From sequence record NC_048048.2: DNA of 64,000 nucleotides; one strand, given 5' to 3'. A program made the translations under genes and the position numbers. Shown piece after piece: positions 60,846 to 64,000 of this stretch. The notes below the pieces were generated by a model. That model had not been told where the DNA came from and made no database searches. It saw only the letters and a program-made list of their open reading frames with translations. Positions within the stretch are counted from its first letter, which is position 1. The number at the start of each line of letters is the position of its first letter.

Positions 60846-60986
60846 ATGCGTCGTTTCGACGTGCGTCACGAGGGTTTCGGCGGCCTGAAGGTCGACCCCT
60901 ACAACACCCTGGGCGATGGGGGCGGCGGCTGTGTCGGAGACGGCGGCTCCGTAGGCATCCAGCCCGATGGCGGGACCCGAGTTTAA
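60846..60986 (+). CDS. Small Gly-rich peptide (46 aa)
   Basis: Class II-like promoter TTC-TTGACAC at 60780 and GGAGAG RBS. Confidence 0.45.
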   Translation: MRRFDVRHEGFGGLKVDPYNTLGDGGGGCVGDGGSVGIQPDGGTRV

Positions 60987-61007
60987 CCTTAACCAGCGGA
61001 CCCCTCA

Positions 61008-61379
61008 GTGCCGAATTTCACCTACACCATCCACGACGAACTGGTTGACCGCCTTGCCGGCGCGAAGGCCGGCGTCCTGACGGCCGCGCCGCTGCCGGAT
61101 GGCACGGGCGTGTTCGAGCCGAACGTCGCCGACGGCTACGCGCGCCAGGACTTCGTTTTCACCACGACCCAGGCCCAGGGCGTGACCACCATCTCCAACG
61201 CCCAGCCGCTGGTCTTTGGTCCGGCGATCAACGAGTGGCTGGCCGTCACCTACTTTGGCCTCTTCGACGGGGTCAACGGCGACCTGCTGCTCTATGGCCG
61301 TCTGCGCTCCACGCGCGTGGCCCACGCCGGCGACAGCCTTTCGTTCCAGGTTGATGCGATCAACATCGGGCTGCGGTAA
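61008..61379 (+). CDS. Virion structural protein, paralogue of 58216
   Basis: LTAAP.PDGTG..EP...GYARQ and AGDS..F shared. Confidence 0.75.
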   Translation: MPNFTYTIHDELVDRLAGAKAGVLTAAPLPDGTGVFEPNVADGYARQDFVFTTTQAQGVTTISNAQPLVFGPAINEWLAVTYFGLFDGVNGDLLLYGRLRSTRVAHAGDSLSFQVDAINIGLR

Positions 61380-61382
61380 TTC

Positions 61383-63263
61383 GTGGCCGTCGCGCAGCTT
61401 CAATCCACCGCCAAGCTGGAGGTCACGACAGACGCGAACCTGAGCGTCTTTCTGGCCAACCCGCCGGCTGGCGACAACGAACTGCGCTGCAACACCTTCG
61501 ACATGTGGCTGGAGGTCGAGGAGGACATCAACGTCCGCCACGCCCAGCCGCTGGTCTTCGGCACCGCGCCCGAACCCGAGGGGCAGACGGCCGGTGTTCT
61601 GGACGCCTGCGACGTGGAGACCTTCTGTGGTCCCTGCGGTGAAGGCGGATCGGGCAACGGCGGTGGCGGGGAGTTCGACGGCACCGGCTTTGACATCATC
61701 CTCGGTCCGGTCGCCCAGCAAGGCGATGGCTCCTGGGACGGCGCCGCGCCGCTGAACGATTCCACCCCGGTGTCGGAGGCCATCGACCGGCTGAATGAAA
61801 TCCTGGGCCGGCTGGTGCCCAGTGCGCCGCCCGAGTTCCCCAACGCCTCGCTGTCGGTCTCCAACAGCAGTGGCGCCTCGCCCCGTCTGGCCACGGGCGT
61901 TGCGGACAACTCGGGCGATGCGCCCTATGCGCCCGGCGCCTCGGTGACGCGGATCACCTCCACGGGCGTGTCGAGCTTCACGTTCGGCGATGTGGGTCCG
62001 GGCAACAGCGGTGCCGTCCAGGTCCTGGTCAACGGCGCGCTGGCCGCCACCCGGACCCTGACGGGCTCCGACGAGGGCAACTACGCCGGCTTGGTCATCG
62101 CCGACCAGAAGGACTACCCGCCCGCGACGCCGGGCTTCTACAAGTCGATCGACGTCACCGCGTCCAACGTCGCCGCCCCGGTCGGCGTCAACAAGTTCCA
62201 GATGAAGCATACCGGCGCGGGCCAGACCAACGTCGTCTACTTCGTCCGCGACGCCTTTACCGCATCCCCGGCGGTCAGCGACACCTCCCTGGCGCTCCAG
62301 AGCCTGGGTACGTTGGCCTACTCCTCGGGCGTGCCGCACTTCGGGACCGGCGGCCAGCTTCTGGTTGGCGCCTCGACCAACAACTTTTCGGGTGAGACCT
62401 ACTATGGTGGGTCTGACCCGTTCAGCGTTTCGGGCTCGGGCGGCATCATGTCCACCCAGAGCTTTGGCTACGCGGCCCTGGGCCTGACCACGCCGTTCGC
62501 GCGCAACACGACCGCCACCGCCGCCCTGACGCCCCAGATCGTCAGCATCAACGGTTCGGTCCACGGCTCGGGGCAGGTCTCGGGCACGGCGCGCAACGTC
62601 AATGGCTCCGGCTCGGCGCTTTTGTCGACGACCACGATCCTGGTCAAGAACGGCAGCGCTGGCGGGCGCATCGACGAGAACGCCGTCACCGTCTCGGGCC
62701 TGGGGTCGAGCCCCAACGGCAATCCGGCCGTCCGGGTCAAGCTCGGCGCGGGCGACACGCCCGGCGGCGCCTATCAGGCCTGGGTCTCGGCCGACCCGCT
62801 CGATACCTGGGAAGCCGCCGTCGTCGCCGGCGTCCTGGCCCACAACCAGACGGACTATACGGTGGGCGTTCTGCCGCAAGGTCCCGACTATTCGATCGGG
62901 CGCAGCGGCGCCCAGTACGTCACCTTCCTGTTCCAGCGCGCGCCGCTGTCGCAGTTCAAGATCGCCGTCACGGGCGCCTATGCCGGCTGCTGGACCAAGC
63001 TGCCCGGCGTGTCCGACGCCACCCCCAACGCCCCGAACGGCTGGTGGAATGGCTTCAAGGCCTATGACGGCGCCGGCGTCCCCGGCGAAGCAGGCGATCC
63101 CGACGCCGGCTGCGCCACGGGCGCGGTCATGACCGGGGGGTCGGGGACCTTCACCATGACCTTCGGCACCCAGTCCTCCACCAACGCGACCGGCAACACG
63201 ATCCTGGTCCGCTTCAAGCTCAACCCAGGGCAGTCGATCACTGCCCTCTCCTTCACCGCCTAG
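61383..63263 (+). CDS. Large Gly/Ser/Thr-rich virion protein (fibre/filament candidate)
   Basis: 626 aa, beta-rich, in the structural module. Confidence 0.8.
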   Translation: MAVAQLQSTAKLEVTTDANLSVFLANPPAGDNELRCNTFDMWLEVEEDINVRHAQPLVFGTAPEPEGQTAGVLDACDVETFCGPCGEGGSGNGGGGEFDGTGFDIILGPVAQQGDGSWDGAAPLNDSTPVSEAIDRLNEILGRLVPSAPPEFPNASLSVSNSSGASPRLATGVADNSGDAPYAPGASVTRITSTGVSSFTFGDVGPGNSGAVQVLVNGALAATRTLTGSDEGNYAGLVIADQKDYPPATPGFYKSIDVTASNVAAPVGVNKFQMKHTGAGQTNVVYFVRDAFTASPAVSDTSLALQSLGTLAYSSGVPHFGTGGQLLVGASTNNFSGETYYGGSDPFSVSGSGGIMSTQSFGYAALGLTTPFARNTTATAALTPQIVSINGSVHGSGQVSGTARNVNGSGSALLSTTTILVKNGSAGGRIDENAVTVSGLGSSPNGNPAVRVKLGAGDTPGGAYQAWVSADPLDTWEAAVVAGVLAHNQTDYTVGVLPQGPDYSIGRSGAQYVTFLFQRAPLSQFKIAVTGAYAGCWTKLPGVSDATPNAPNGWWNGFKAYDGAGVPGEAGDPDAGCATGAVMTGGSGTFTMTFGTQSSTNATGNTILVRFKLNPGQSITALSFTA

Positions 63264-63271
63264 GAACTCCA

Positions 63272-64000
63272 GTGGCCATCAGCACCGATGAAAAGGTCGA
63301 CTTCCTCTGGAAGAAGATCGTCTATGGCGCCACCAAGACGGCGAGCGCCGCCAACAAGGCTGGCTCGAACGAAGCCATCCCCTCGCCGGTGGTGGCCTTC
63401 TCCGACTACGTCTGGACGCAGTCGAACCTGATCCCGCTGAGCCCGCCGACCGACAGCACTCCGATCGTCGAGGTCTGGGTTGGTCCCGAGCGGATCAAGA
63501 TGACCAACGACCCGACGTCGCCGGTCAATCAGTCCTGGCTGGCCACCATCCTGCCGCCGGACCTGACCAGCCGCATCGGTGACTTCGTCCCGCCGGCCTT
63601 TGGCACTGGCTATGCTGTCAAGGTCTTCATCGGCGACCCGTCGACCGGTCCTGCCGCCCGTATCTTCCCCGAGACGACCAACGAAGAGTGGGTGTTCGAC
63701 TATTCTGCCGGCGTCCTCAACTTCCCCAATTCGATCCCGGCCTCCAAGACCGCCACGATCGGCACGGGCACCGTGGCCGTCGGCACCCATGGCATCTACA
63801 TCGAAGGCTACCAGTACATCGGCAAGACCGGCGGCGGCGCGGGCGAACTGGTCATCGAGAGCGGCTATGACCTGCCGCTGGGCGAGACGGCGACGGCCGG
63901 CGACGGCTCCTGGACCGACGGCGCGATCCCGCTGACCGACGACACCAAGGTCTCCGAAGCCATCGACCAGTTGAACGAGGTCTTGGGCCTGCTGGTCCCG
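63272..64000 (+). CDS. Large virion protein, 3' truncated by window edge
   Basis: GTG start, frame open to 64000 (MAISTDEKVDFLWKKIVYG...); ends in GDGSW.DGAIPL.D.T.VSEAID.LNE.LG.LVP, shared with 61383. Confidence 0.8.
   Translation, partial: MAISTDEKVDFLWKKIVYGATKTASAANKAGSNEAIPSPVVAFSDYVWTQSNLIPLSPPTDSTPIVEVWVGPERIKMTNDPTSPVNQSWLATILPPDLTSRIGDFVPPAFGTGYAVKVFIGDPSTGPAARIFPETTNEEWVFDYSAGVLNFPNSIPASKTATIGTGTVAVGTHGIYIEGYQYIGKTGGGAGELVIESGYDLPLGETATAGDGSWTDGAIPLTDDTKVSEAIDQLNEVLGLLVP

Noticed and set aside
1-64000. tRNA/rRNA/tmRNA genes
   Set aside because: No cloverleaf with a GTTCRA T-loop or rRNA signature found by eye; a tRNAscan/ARAGORN run would be needed to exclude them fully.

Overview
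This 64 kb window is part of a GC-rich jumbo tailed-phage genome, most likely a phiCbK-like Caulobacter/Brevundimonas phage. The call rests on my recall of the major capsid and portal families, the gene order and Caulobacter-type promoter/CtrA motifs; no database search was run. No host genes, tRNA, rRNA or CRISPR array were seen. Layout: (1) 3-1944, 3' end of the terminase large subunit, an HslV-like Ntn protease and one hypothetical gene. (2) 1.94-3.43 kb, a mostly non-coding block of four different repeat arrays, probably a genome-end signal. (3) 3.6-23.8 kb, a putative first-injected terminal-repeat region built from 23 co-oriented cassettes. Each starts with a near-identical promoter carrying an invariant GCAT-N9-ATGC palindrome, followed by 1-4 small genes and usually a terminator and TTAACCTTAA/TTAAGGTTAA (CtrA-box-like) sites. 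Cargo includes ArdA-like, Rmf-like, HTH and SSB-tail-mimic proteins and three copies of a hydrophobic micropeptide, one facing a putative antisense RNA. (4) 23.9-24.4 kb, an AT-rich palindrome block that is the candidate other boundary. (5) 24.4-35.0 kb, a minus-strand operon of small genes including a CoaB-like ligase, a YqeY-like protein and about eight diverged paralogues of one small beta-rich domain. (6) 35.5-54.2 kb, the portal gene then many small plus-strand genes: SwrD/FlbD-like paralogues, Acb2/Tad1-like, MazG-like, a second HslV-like, DUF3268, HNH, a nucleotidyltransferase and two scaffold-like paralogues. (7) 54.6-64 kb, a head/virion module with scaffold, major capsid, minor capsid and fibre-like proteins. 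All coordinates and counts were read by hand and may be off by a base or a copy.
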